Source: Octopus bimaculoides
Taxonomy: Eukaryota
Reading direction: 5' to 3'
Assembly (NCBI RefSeq): GCF_001194135.2
Contig: NC_068984.1
Coordinates: forward strand, 26,530,461 to 26,583,984
Length of the DNA: 53,524 bases
The stretch's first letter is position 1. The number at the start of each line of letters is the position of its first letter. Shown piece by piece: positions 25,932 through 38,535 of this stretch. The notes under the pieces were generated by a model. The model was not told the origin of the DNA. It saw only the letters and a list, made by a program, of their open reading frames with translations, and searched no databases. Position numbers and translations under genes: made by a program.

Positions 25932-26110
25932 GTTCAAATTTACAGAAAACAAAAGACGAAGACAGGTGAGAGAACCACAAGCAAGTGTATTAGTTTGACG
26001 CTCGAGAAGAATCGAAAAGTCTTTATCGTTTTGAGCCAACGCTCTTCGACAGAAAGGGTTGAGAAGAAAAAACGGAGAGAGAATGGGGAAAAAAAGGAGG
26101 GAGAAAAAAC
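25328..26110. mobile_element. Convergent inverted pair of Penelope-like terminal repeats (25328-25525 +, 25925-26110 -) with hammerhead-like geometry
   Basis: GAAGAGCGTAGGCTCGAAACGTTAAAGACTTT...CTCGAGCGTTATACTAATACA...GTCTTCGTCT is mirrored on the minus strand, diverged. Confidence 0.6.
25578..25828. repeat. Dispersed ~250-bp repeat; second copy at 27972-28216
   Basis: ATACAAATGATATA..GCATATGC...GGGTACAGGACG...GCCACTTATGGAA..TTCCTTCATCAGCTGC..CTATTCTAAA.CTAGGCGTTTCGAAGAT in both copies. Confidence 0.8.
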
Positions 26111-26511
26111 GTATGTATGAATGTAAATATGTATGCATTATATATTTTTTTAACTTAAAGTTAACCTCGAATGGTCACCAGCTTGGTAAGGTTATGGAAG
26201 AAAGCAATTTGTACTGTTCATCATGCTGTAAATCTTAAGTGGCTCTTGCAGATTTTTATTGTCCCAGATATCGGGATCATTTGTAGTGTATGAATTAAGG
26301 AGTAGTATTCGTTCCCCCAAGAACCCAAGTTCAGCCATATTTTGCTTCAGGCGGGTTTGTACGTATCCTGTTGCTCCAATAATAATAGGTATAAAATTGA
26401 GCAGTGTATCTTGGAGACTGGATTTGCAAACTGCTTATCAATGGTTCAAAGACGTTTTCTATGTATGTATGTATGTATGTATGTATGTATGTATGTATGT
26501 ATGTATGTATG

Positions 26512-26548
<37 letters not shown>

Positions 26549-27091
26549 ATATATACATATACACACTTCACAGCGGTTCGTGTTATCAGTTCTTATTAGA
26601 ATACACAGCAACGAAGAAGAATATGACAGATCATACTATCGGTATGATAATAAATGAACGATATTAATATCAATGAAAAAGGAACAAAGAAAAACAATAA
26701 TTTGCAATCATTTACTTTATTTTTCGTCATTCTCGGTAGGTAGAGAATTTTGAAGTAAGTATTGAAATAACACAACTATCCATTCTGAGGCCACCCCCAT
26801 TGCTATACAATATACCACTGGTTTGTTGTATGCGTATAAATTATATGGTTATACATGCATTCATACATACATGTGTGTGTGTGAGTGAGTGAGTGTGTGT
26901 GTGTGTGTGTATGTGTGTATGTATGTATCTGTGTGTGCGTGTGTAGTTATACATACAATTATTTATTGCCGTTTCCATGACTAAGTTATAGACCATTTAA
27001 ATATACAAATAAAATCATGGGCACACACAATTGTACACACAGATTTATAGGCACACACAGACACGCGCGTGTGCACGCACACACACACACA

Positions 27092-27138
<47 letters not shown>

Positions 27139-27287
27139 TATAATACATAAACATGCAGTGGTAAAACCCGGGAGGTCCTTGTTATTACAACACATGCAAA
27201 TATGTACATAGCCGTATATTAGACCTACATTCAGATCTGCACATCCAGACACAAACACACACAAACACACACACACACACACACACG

Positions 27288-27331
<44 letters not shown>

Positions 27332-27971
27332 AACTTATACACAAAGGCATACAGACCTACACAGACCTACACAGATACACATACGCATACATACATATAC
27401 ACACGCGTGCTCATTTATCGTTATATAACACTTTATGCTGCTTGTAAGTTGTCCTTCACGCAGATGCCTGTGCGTGTGGGAAGAAAGCTTATGTATAGAG
27501 ACTTTGATAAGCTTGTTTACTTGGCGAATACAAAGGTTTAGGCTGTGAAAATATGGATTCTGTGGACGATAGGTTCTCTAAGAATCGTAGAACAGTTGGG
27601 TGGCTGAAGGATTTCGTCACTTTCTTTGTTTTTATCTTTATTCTTTTATTTTTTCTTCAGGGTAGAAGTTCGATGATTTTAGAGAAGAGTATAGTTTTAA
27701 ATTTTCATTGCAATTAATCTCTATATGGCGGGAGTTTTATCTGTAACTAAATGCAACAAACTGATGATCGGTTGTGGTTGAATATCTAAATACACTTGGA
27801 ACACTTATTGCAGGACTCCAAACAACCATAATTGTGAAATCGTGTTGGAACTATAATATGAATTTGAGTTTATCCTTACTTTTCCTTATTTCTCCTTAAT
27901 TCTCATGTATATATATATATATAAAGTTGAAACTTACTTGCAAATGGACAAGTTGTGTTCGATGATATAAT

Positions 27972-28216
27972 AATACAAATGATATATAAGCATATGCCTG
28001 TATACATACATATATGTACATTCCTACATCTACATGTATATATAGATGCATATCCGGGTACAGGACGTTAGAAAAATGAACGGGAACATAAAAACAAAAC
28101 GGGCTTTGTTTACAGACAACAGAACGAACACATAGGAAAACAAACAAGCCACTTATGGAATTATTCCTTCATCAGCTGCTTCTATTCTAAAACTAGGCGT
28201 TTCGAAGATAAGACAG
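27972..28216. repeat. Second copy of the 25578-25828 repeat
   Basis: Colinear similarity throughout. Confidence 0.8.
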
Positions 28217-28363
28217 GACGCACTCTTAGAATAGTTTCTTCCTGAGTAGTGGATTAACCCACTAAACAGAGGATTCCAAGGTAGCAAACACAAATCAAGA
28301 CAAGAAAAATTGGACAGTGAAAACAACATTAAAAAGCCGTAGGGCCAAACGCGATGGGATATT

Positions 28364-28490
28364 GAACGCTGTGATATGACGAAGCTGGACGGAGAAATAG
28401 TAGGTTCGTCTCGCCTTTATGCTGGCTGGGGTGAGAAAGGCGAGACGAACCTACTATTTCTCCGTCCAGCTTCGTCATATCACAGCGTTC
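28364..28490. repeat. Perfect 55-bp inverted repeat with a 17-nt loop
   Basis: 28364-28418 is the exact reverse complement of 28436-28490 (checked base by base). Confidence 0.95.
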
Positions 28491-28555
28491 TATCTATCTA
28501 TCTATCTATCTATCTATNNNNNNNNNNNNNNNNNNNNNNNNNNNNNNNNNNNNNC

Positions 28556-28592
<37 letters not shown>

Positions 28593-29020
28593 TAGAATAA
28601 GGAGTTTATGATATATTTTTTTTCTGGAGGGTATGAATTATATTCATTTATTTTTTATGTACTTTATATATATTATATAACTAGTAAATGGTATAAGAAT
28701 GGCTACACACGTTTCTTGGCTATATTTTCAAATAGATAACTAATAAAAACAATTCGATTATTAATTCTATTAATAATCAAATCGATCTATAATTAAATCT
28801 ATTCAAAAATATAGTCACTCATCAGGTCTAAAATAAAAATAATAATAATAATAAAAACCAATTTACATATTGTAACTTACAATAAATATCAAATAAATGT
28901 ATAAAAAGAACTTGTTTTGACAATAAATAAACAAATGATCGAAAAACATTGAACAATATTTCTTGAAATAAAATCATAACTTATCTTTTCGAAGAATTGC
29001 AGTTAAACGCACATATAATC

Positions 29021-29375
29021 TTTTATCTTGCTTCAGTCATTGGAATGCGGCCATGCTGGAGCACCGCCTTAAACTGTTCAGTCGAATAAATCGATCCTAG
29101 TACTAACTTTTACAAGTCCAGTATTTATCATATCGGTCTCTTTTGTCGAATCGCTAATTGACGGAAACATAAAATAGCCAACGTCCTTTGTCAGGCGATT
29201 GTTGGCAGACAAACACAAGCACAATGACTTACACAAATTCTATGTATACTACGAGCTTCCACATAGTTTCCATCAATCAAGTTGACTTACAAGGCATTAT
29301 TCGGCTTGTCCAAGTTGCCGTGCAAAGGGACTGAATCCGAAACCACGTGGTGGCAAATCGAGCTTCTTAACTACA
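29021..29375 (-). mobile_element. Diverged SINE family A
   Basis: CTTCAGTCATTGGAATGCGGCCATGCTGGAGCACCGCC tail; GGGACTGAATCCGAAACCACGTGG head. Confidence 0.8.
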
Positions 29376-29396
29376 CACACACACACACACACACAT

Positions 29397-29446
<50 letters not shown>

Positions 29447-30129
29447 NNNNNNNNNNNNNNNNNNNNNNNNNNNNNNNNNNNNNNNNNNNNNNNNNNTATA
29501 TATATATATATATATATATATATGAAGCTGATTTATTTACCAATGGCCGTCGTTATTGGAGGCCATTTGGAAATCTGCAATATTTTAGGAGAAACGAAAG
29601 CGCGCTCTTCGAAATTCTCTCAGTCTGCATCCTACCGTTTAGAGAAAAAGAGAGAAAGAGAGAGAGGGACAGAGGGAGAGGTGGGGGAGAGAGAGAATAA
29701 GGGGTGGAGGCAAGGGAAAAGAGATGAGGAGGAAGAAAATCCACATTGGATATATATGCTCGTAGAAATAGAATTGTCTCAATAGAAGTGAGCTGGATGT
29801 AATAGGATGAATTTGACCATAATTCCACTCGATCAGTGATAACCTATGGTTAAAAATTCTCATCCATAATAGCAATAATAAATGGTAAATGTGCCAAGTC
29901 AACAGCGGGGCGGTTGTCACAACGAGCTAAATAGGAAAACTCTAGGTAGTTTCCTGATTTGCTAGAAACAACAAAATTTCCCTCGAATCGCATACACTAA
30001 CTTAAAACACGAGGAATCCTAATTCACTGTCTGAAAAAGAGTCGAGATAATTTTTGCTAGAACAACTTGAATAAATGAATTCCTGCTATTCTTCCTATGT
30101 TCTACCAGTTGAATAAGATATTGTGGATT

Positions 30130-31810
30130 TAGTTAAAACGCACAGGAATCCATCTTCAGTGGAAGTAATACACACTGTCAGTGCCGGACTCTGTACCACA
30201 GTTTATACCCTTATATTTTAAGTATTTCCTCTCATGTGTCCACTCATCTTATATTCTTTTTTACTCTAGAGGCAAGGCCTGAAATTTTGGGCGTGGGGGC
30301 CAGTCAATTAGATCGACTCCAGTACGCAACTGGTACTTAATTTATCGACCCCGAAAGGATGAATGGCAAAGTCGACCTTGGCGGGATTTGAACTCAGAAC
30401 GTAAAGACAGATGAAATACTGTTAAGCATTTCGCCCGGCGTGTTAACGTTTCTGCCTGCTCGCCGCCTTCCTCACATCCTATATTGCTTCTCAATGTACC
30501 GTCAACTCAACGACCAGGACTCTTTTACCAGACCAGACCATGCTTTCTCCCCAGATCGGTCTTCACCTCATATTATAAACACCAATGAAAAATCTGGGTC
30601 TTGATTTTCATCTTCATGTGTCCTTTCGTTGTCCTTTCGTTGTCCTTTCTTGCCATCCCTGTGGAAAACACTGCTTTCAGCTTTATTGTCACCCACATCA
30701 CATTTATGATACTGTGATACTGCAATGATGTTTCGGAACGCTTGCAAGAATATCCAAAATTTGGTTATGTCGCCATCGATGGTCATTCAGTAATGATTTC
30801 TTTGCAACTAGAATATTCTCTAACAATCCATACGTTGCACATCGATGTCTCCCGTTTAAGGGTAGTCAGGGATGGACGAACACTGTGCATTGATCTTGGC
30901 AGAAATCGCATATCAACTGGCTCCACGATATCGTATATCTTGTGAAAAATCGCATATCAACATTCTCCACGATAACTTCGTAGATTCAACTCTCTGCCTT
31001 GCTACTCGTGCTCAAAGGCTTTCTGTTTCCAATGTTTTTGTCAACAAACTTTTCCTCTTCAATTTGGTGAGTTTAGTTGGTCCCTATTTAGTGAGTTGAA
31101 TTGGTCCTTATTTTTCACATATCTATTTGATTGTATCCCCCTCTGTTCATTCAGTGTGTTCTGTCCAACTCCGATCACTACATTCACTTCCGAGTCGGAC
31201 TCTACCACTTCAACAGCTATTCTTACCCATATTTTCTTCACAGTAACATCATTAGCTGATTCATACAAACTATGAAATCCACACAATCTAATGGCATCTT
31301 ATGCAAAGTTTTGTAGACGCCATTATATAGTCCCCATTTCGCGTGAAACATAAAAGAACCGTGACCACCTTCATATAAACTTGCTTCTATAGTTTACCAT
31401 GACTTCGCATATGGTCCACACTATTTCTTCTATCCAGAGTGATCATAAGAGCTTCGGCACAACACTACTGATGAAACCACATCTTGAATATAACTGCTAA
31501 ACCATAGTAGTTAATGCTTGTAAGCTCTTGCATCACATTAGCCTCGGTTTCACATGATATATAAGGGGAGTGTAGACATACGCACAAGGCTCTTGATAGC
31601 TCACTCACTTATCAGTGGTGTCAGCTTTATTCTATTTCAGAGCGTATGTTTTCAACAAGCACCTGCATTGTGAATAGACTGAGATATTTCTTCACCTTGA
31701 TATCGCGTCTATAATGCTGGAGTGGCTCATCCAACCGAGCTAAGATTGCCATTTTTTTCTACTCTTGTTTCTACCACAATAGAAATGTCTTATATAACAT
31801 TTCATGGTCT
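30130..31810 (-). mobile_element. Decayed HERO/NeSL-like (R2-superfamily, restriction-like endonuclease) non-LTR retrotransposon, RT C-terminus to endonuclease
   Basis: Minus-strand translation with stops and frameshifts gives, in order: ILARLDEPL, AIKSL, IFKMWFHQ, VVPKLL*SL, AVEVVES, KLSW, CATYGLLENIL...HRWRHNQILDIL (decayed CCHC + RWRHN), KRVLVVELTV, THERKYLKY. This matches the motif order I recall for HERO-type ORFs. Confidence 0.78.
30259..30469 (-). mobile_element. SINE family B monomer nested in the HERO-like LINE
   Basis: Full head to tail; flanked by CATCTTATATTCTT (30245-30258) and CATCCTATATTGCTT (30475-30489). Confidence 0.9.
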
Positions 31811-32169
31811 GAGAGTTATAAGTGTGTGTATGTGTGTATATATAAGGAAAAAGACAAAGACAGACACAGACAGACACAGACAAACAAGAAATACAGATAC
31901 ATTCATATATATTCCGTCAAACACGCATAAATATTTAAGGATAGGAAACAGTGAGAGAGTGAGAAAAAGAAGAGGCGAATAGGAGAGATACATAACATTT
32001 GTACAACAGAAATCACCAAAGGAACATTTCTCAACCATCGCAGAATCATCTGAATGGGAAACAATATTTATATATTATATATTTCCTGCTGTTGAAGTTG
32101 TCATTAATTCCTTTAATTCTTTTCTAATTGAAGTGTGACTTGGGAAAGCATATACTATCTGCGTTTAAG

Positions 32170-32241
<72 letters not shown>

Positions 32242-32386
32242 ATGTACATACATACATACATACATGCATACATACGCACACACACATATGTACATACATA
32301 CATACACATACACACATATACACCAGCATGTATGTATGTGTGCGTGCGAGTATATATATATAAATATATATAAATACATATGTATA

Positions 32387-32418
<32 letters not shown>

Positions 32419-32664
32419 AATGGGTGCGTGTGTGTGTATGCGCATGAATGTATGTACGTATCTATGTATGTATTCATACACGCACACAATTATTATTATT
32501 TCTAAGTATTCAATTTCACGTTTCAGTAAGTCTGGGTATAAAGTAATTAAAAAAAATATGAGTCAAAATAGTATAAACACAAAGTAAAGCAGAGTTGTGT
32601 CTAAGTTTACTTTACACACCAATATTGCTAATTAACAGATGCAAGCTTTAATAGGTCTCCCTTT

Positions 32665-32707
<43 letters not shown>

Positions 32708-32759
32708 GTGTGTGTGTGTGATTATGTATATATATATATATATTCTCCCACATATTCTC

Positions 32760-32800
<41 letters not shown>

Positions 32801-34063
32801 NNNNNNNNNNNNNNNNNNNNNNNNNNNNNNNNNNNNNNNNNNNNNNNNNNNNNNNNNNNNNNNNNNNNNNNNNNNNNNNNNNNNNNNNNNNNNNNNNNNN
32901 NNNNNNNNNNNNNNNNNNNNNNNNNNNNNNNNNNNNNNNNNNNNNNNNNNNNNNNNNNNNNNNNNNNNNNNNNNNNNNNNNNNNNNNNNNNNNNNNNNNN
33001 NNNNNNNNNNNNNNNNNNNNNNNNNNNNNNNNNNNNNNNNNNNNNNNNNNNNNNNNNNNNNNNNNNNNNNNNNNNNNNNNNNNNNNNNNNNNNNNNNNNN
33101 NNNNNNNNNNNNNNNNNNNNNNNNNNNNNNNNNNNNNNNNNNNNNNNNNNNNNNNNNNNNNNNNNNNNNNNNNNNNNNNNNNNNNNNNNNNNNNNNNNNN
33201 NNNNNNNNNNNNNNNNNNNNNNNNNNNNNNNNNNNNNNNNNNNNNNNNNNNNNNNNNNNNNNNNNNNNNNNNNNNNNNNNNNNNNNNNNNNNNNNNNNNN
33301 NNNNNNNNNNNNNNNNNNNNNNNNNNNNNNNNNNNNNNNNNNNNNNNNNNNNNNNNNNNNNNNNNNNNNNNNNNNNNNNNNNNNNNNNNNNNNNNNNNNN
33401 NNNNNNNNNNNNNNNNTGTGCATTCGTGACTGTAATATGAAAGCAATGTCTATAACACAATGGCAACGGAATAAATATCGCAAAAGTGTTTTGTTCGACT
33501 TTCGCTTTCCAGTTTTGCGTCCTGCACGTAAAAGAAGATATAAATAGAAAAAAGAAACAATGGGCGAAAAATTAAAATGAATGATATTGTTACAGCATAA
33601 TGGATTTCCTCTTTGATTTTCCATGCATAATTTAAACGTTTCTTGAATTATACAATACTTTTCAGCGGAGCTCAGTCAGTTGCAAGTAATGGAACCAGAC
33701 CTCTAGCTTCGAGGTTTCGTGGCCTATCCACGGCCCATTACCTTGTAATTTCCACGTGATGCCAAAAACATAAAAAATAAAACAAAGGAAAAATAGGGAC
33801 TTAATTCACTGGCTCACTTCTCTCCTCTTCTTAAACATCGAAGGGCTTTTCTTCAACCTAGATCGTAGATTTTGCCTCTTACACCCAATATACATCCATT
33901 TCCCTTTGAGACACAAATATCTCAGCCCCTATCAACAATTCATTTCCGCTGTTCAATGACTTTGCAAGGTCCTCTTTTTCTTGACAACTCAACAACAATG
34001 GGTGCATAAAAAATATTTCCACCGGGAAAGTCTTCACCTTCGTTGCATCCAGCTCTGCAATAC

Positions 34064-34098
<35 letters not shown>

Positions 34099-34378
34099 CA
34101 CTAATCTTCTCCAAATGTACCCCTTCTACCTCATCAAGCTCTTTACTTCGCTTACGCAAATGCTATGGCAGATTAATTTGGAAAATTCTTGATTTATAAA
34201 TTATCTCCCTTTCTCGTTTGGTGGCTGGTCGCTATTTCCACAAGGCGCTTTTGATTTGCTCTTTCTTGCGAAGAGAAGATAGTTTCAATAAATCAGTCGC
34301 TTCTTGTTTTTTCATGTGCGTAAGCGTGTGTGTGTGTGTGTGTGTATGTATGTGTGTATTTATATACATACACACACA

Positions 34379-34420
<42 letters not shown>

Positions 34421-34569
34421 ATGGAATCTCCCATCGTAGACGACTTGTGAGTGGTTCAGTTTTTGTCGAACGATCTGTACAAATGTTTTTAAAATTTTTT
34501 TATACAACTGTATGTGCTGTACTTTAGCTCAATCCGTCCTTCAAATCGACGTTGCCTGTACAGGTGAAC

Positions 34570-34718
34570 AAGTGTGCCACTCGTTAAATATCAAAATAAT
34601 CACAGAGCAACGTGGAATGACTTGTTTTGCTGAGGAACACAACGTATCGCCAGCTCCGAGAATCGAATCCATGATCTAGCAATCGTGAGTGCAACACCCT
34701 AACCACTAGGCCATGCAC
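34570..34718 (-). mobile_element. SINE family C 5' portion
   Basis: GAGCAACGTGGAATGACTTGTTTTGCTGAGGAACACAAC...GAATCGAATCC...CCCTAACCACTAGGCCATG on plus. Confidence 0.7.
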
Positions 34719-34742
34719 CTTGAGTGTATGCATGTGTATATA

Positions 34743-35030
34743 TACGAGATACGTTCAAGACGTCGTGAGCAAAATGCCGCGTGAGCAAAATGCTTTGGGT
34801 GGGGGATGACGTCACTCTTCCTGCACACGCCGAAAAATTTTCGCGCCTGTAGACCGCGTCAGTTCCCGGCTATCAAGCCTAGATTACAAACGTGTAGCGT
34901 GTGCTCGTCGGATTTTCATTTTCACCGAACTCATCGAGCAGAGATATTGCATCAAGATTTGTCAAAAGTTTGGTGATACTCATGCTCAAACCATCCGGAA
35001 GATTTAGCAGGCCTTTGACGATGATGCCAT
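34743..35030 (+). pseudogene. 5' end of a mariner-like DNA transposon with a disrupted transposase start
   Basis: TA-flanked TACGAGATACGTTCAA TIR-like start; 34924-35028 translates TELIEQRYCIKICQKFGDTHAQTIRKI*QAFDDDA, like the mariner N-terminal EQRxxIKF...ET...AYGD motif; in-frame stop, no ATG. Confidence 0.72.
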
Positions 35031-35152
35031 ATATACACATATGAAAATACACTCAAACACATACATAAACACACATATATAGAGTCTTTGCTCATTTTTA
35101 ATCATTGTAGTATAGCCATGCTAGGGCATTGCCCTGGAGAGTATATTTGATC

Positions 35153-35485
35153 CAAAATTTCAGGATTACAGGTCCGGATTCGGACTGTAATGTTTTTAAT
35201 TTACTTATGGAGTTAGCTTTTAGATTATAAAAATTATTATCGCACAAAAAAATTTGTCGCAAAAGGTCACGTAAAAAAAATCGTCGAAAACGATCACAGT
35301 AATGAAAACTTGGGAATCAAAATTTCAGGATTGCCGAAAACAATCCGGATTCGGCCCGGAATTTTTAATTTACTCACGGAGTCAGCCTGATTCCAAAATT
35401 GTATGATATGTTGGGCTACGGCCTCTAGGAGTAAAGTTGAAAAATTGTGACACCCTGACACACTGACATTCGCATTTATTATATT
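35153..35485 (+). mobile_element. Possible non-autonomous Helitron/Helentron-type (DINE/HINE-like) element end
   Basis: Internal ~65-bp direct repeat (35153-35217, 35318-35386). End motif TGACACACTGACATTCGCATTTATTATATT recurs, with an insertion, at 36529-36572. Class assignment is from memory. Confidence 0.35.
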
Positions 35486-35610
35486 ATATTATATTATATT
35501 ATATTATATTATATTATATTATATTATATTATATTATATTATATTATATTATATTATATTATATTATATTATATTATATTATATTATATTATATTATATT
35601 ATATTATATT
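35478..35610. repeat. (ATATT)n pentanucleotide microsatellite
   Basis: Direct reading; runs into an N gap. Confidence 0.95.
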
Positions 35611-36340
35611 NNNNNNNNNNNNNNNNNNNNNNNNNNNNNNNNNNNNNNNNNNNNNNNNNNNNNNNNNNNNNNNNNNNNNNNNNNNNNNNNNNNNNNNNNN
35701 NNNNNNNNNNNNNNNNNNNNNNNNNNNNNNNNNNNNNNNNNNNNNNNNNNNNNNNNNNNNNNNNNNNNNNNNNNNNNNNNNNNNNNNNNNNNNNNNNNNN
35801 NNNNNNNNNNNNNNNNNNNNNNNNNNNNNNNNNNNNNNNNNNNNNNNNNNNNNNNNNNNNNNNNNNNNNNNNNNNNNNNNNNNNNNNNNNNNNNNNNNNN
35901 NNNNNNNNNNNNNNNNNNNNNNNNNNNNNNNNNNNNNNNNNNNNNNNNNNNNNNNNNNNNNNNNNNNNNNNNNNNNNNNNNNNNNNNNNNNNNNNNNNNN
36001 NNNNNNNNNNNNNNNNNNNNNNNNNNNNNNNNNNNNNNNNNNNNNNNNNNNNNNNNNNNNNNNNNNNNNNNNNNNNNNNNNNNNNNNNNNNNNNNNNNNN
36101 NNNNNNNNNNNNNNNNNNNNNNNNNNNNNNNNNNNNNNNNNNNNNNNNNNNAGTATGTTGGTGACAATAATTTCTGGCAAAGAGACATGGTTAAACGAAA
36201 TTGTGCATCATCTCCCTCCTTCTCTCACATATCCACTCTTTCTCTCTCTTTTATTATTACTCCCACTGCCACCATCAACACTACTACTTTTAATAAAACA
36301 TCATCAACTCTCCCTAAATTTCTTTGTCTCTCCCTCTCTC

Positions 36341-36440
36341 TCCCTAGCTTTCTCTCTCTCTCCCTCGCTTTCTCTCTCTCTCCCTCGTTTTCTCTCTCTC
36401 TCCCTCGCTTTCTCTCTCTCTCCCTCGCTTTCTCTCTCTC
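36341..36440. repeat. 20-bp minisatellite (TCCCTCGCTTTCTCTCTCTC) x5
   Basis: Direct reading. Confidence 0.9.
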
Positions 36441-36634
36441 TCTCTCTGTCTATCTTCGCCACAGTCTCTACGCCTACTATTACTCTCACCCCATTATGAG
36501 GAATAGTAGGAGGAGCAGGGTCTAAGTTTGACACACTGACACACAGAAATTAGCTTTCGCATTTATTATATTAGAAGTCTGATCTTTTTTTTGCATCGGT
36601 TATTTTTATTCCAAATTAGTAATTCTCTCTCGCT

Positions 36635-36684
<50 letters not shown>

Positions 36685-36694
36685 NNNNNNNNNN

Positions 36695-36752
<58 letters not shown>

Positions 36753-37329
36753 ATACTTATATACATATATATATAATATACATTAAATTAAATAGTTGCA
36801 TATATGTCATACTTGTATACATTTAGTTGGCAGGCAAGCTTCTGCGGTTTAAGCCAGAAGTAAAAACCTCTTCGGCGACATTTGTCGCCTGCGATATAAG
36901 AATCATAATTGTTTGGTGTTGTCTTTCTTGATTTTAGAGGCAAAAGCATTTTGTCTCTGAGTAAATTATTGATTCTTTCATTAGATTCGTCTCTGTCCAA
37001 GTTCATGAATATATTAATTTTGCCACTATTACAAATTTAGTCGTATAGAGTTTCCTTGCGTTTTTGGATTAACTACATCTGATATTTTGTGGGAAGTAAA
37101 ATTGAAAAAAAAACAAAAAAAAAAAACATTGCAATACTGTTCATATACACATAGATACACACACACATAGAATGATACACCTACACACACAGAGATCTTC
37201 GATCATTTTCTAAGTCCTTTCGAATGAGTGATAATGATTTCCTTGTCAACACGCTTGAAACTAGCTAACTAAAGTGCCGTTTCCTCTTTCTGTTCTACTA
37301 GAACGTCATCTGCTCTCTGAATGAGGCTA

Positions 37330-37530
37330 CTATATACCATTCTCTTGGACCAGCCACTCCCACCTTCATTTCATCAACCCCTACCCTCATTAAACATTGA
37401 CTCCCACTCTTTCCTTCCTAGAATGCACTTCGATGGAAATCCTTCTCCATCTATGTCTTTTTTTGCATCCACTTCCCTATCACAATCTGGGTGGACCTGC
37501 AAAAAATCTTGAACATTGCCCGTCATTCCT
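37330..37530 (+). mobile_element. Possible decayed CR1/Jockey-like LINE ORF2 3' end
   Basis: HSFLPRMHFDGNPSPSMSF resembles the SFFPRT..LWNSLP..VF C-terminal motif; weak. Confidence 0.3.
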
Positions 37531-37718
37531 AATCTTATTATCTTAAGAAACATTTAAATACATGTTGCTTTGAAAGTCACTCATACAACCTTCCCTACAC
37601 ATACATACTTATATACATACATGCATACATACATATAATTATATGCATATACATGTGTACATGCATATATACAAACACACACAAAACATATAAGTATATA
37701 CATATTTACATATATATG

Positions 37719-37758
<40 letters not shown>

Positions 37759-38043
37759 NNNNNNNNNNTATATATATGCATATACAAGCAGATATACGAA
37801 CACACACACATATGCATATATACATATACGCACACACATTATATATGCACATATAAACTTATATACACATATATATGTATACACACATACGCGCATACAC
37901 ATGTATGGTGTAGTACATATATGTGTGTATGTGTATGTGCATGCGTGAATATATGCCTGAGTGTGTATACGTGTGTACGTGTGTGTGTTTGTATGTGCAT
38001 GTGTGTTGTTGTTGTATGTATGTGTGCGTGATATGTGTGCGTG

Positions 38044-38124
<81 letters not shown>

Positions 38125-38439
38125 ATGTGTGCGTTGTGTGTATACTTTTGCAGTGGAAAAAATAGAACATGCCTGGAATTGTCTGGTTATTAGTTTGTTT
38201 TGACACCATTCATACAATGATATCAGTTTTAATTACCAAGATATTAACACAAGCGACTTCCTTGTGTGACAAGCAGATTTTTACTAGGGCAGAGAATCAT
38301 TTGAAGAATGTTGCTTTTTCTTGTACAGCCATTTTGGGTGTGTCGACTTGATTCCATTAATAGAACAGCGTCAATAATGGAGAACTGTGAGATGTAGTAA
38401 ATCCTGAGTAAAATTAAAAAATAAATTACACACAAGCAC

Positions 38440-38482
<43 letters not shown>

Positions 38483-38496
38483 TATATACATGTATA

Positions 38497-38535
<39 letters not shown>

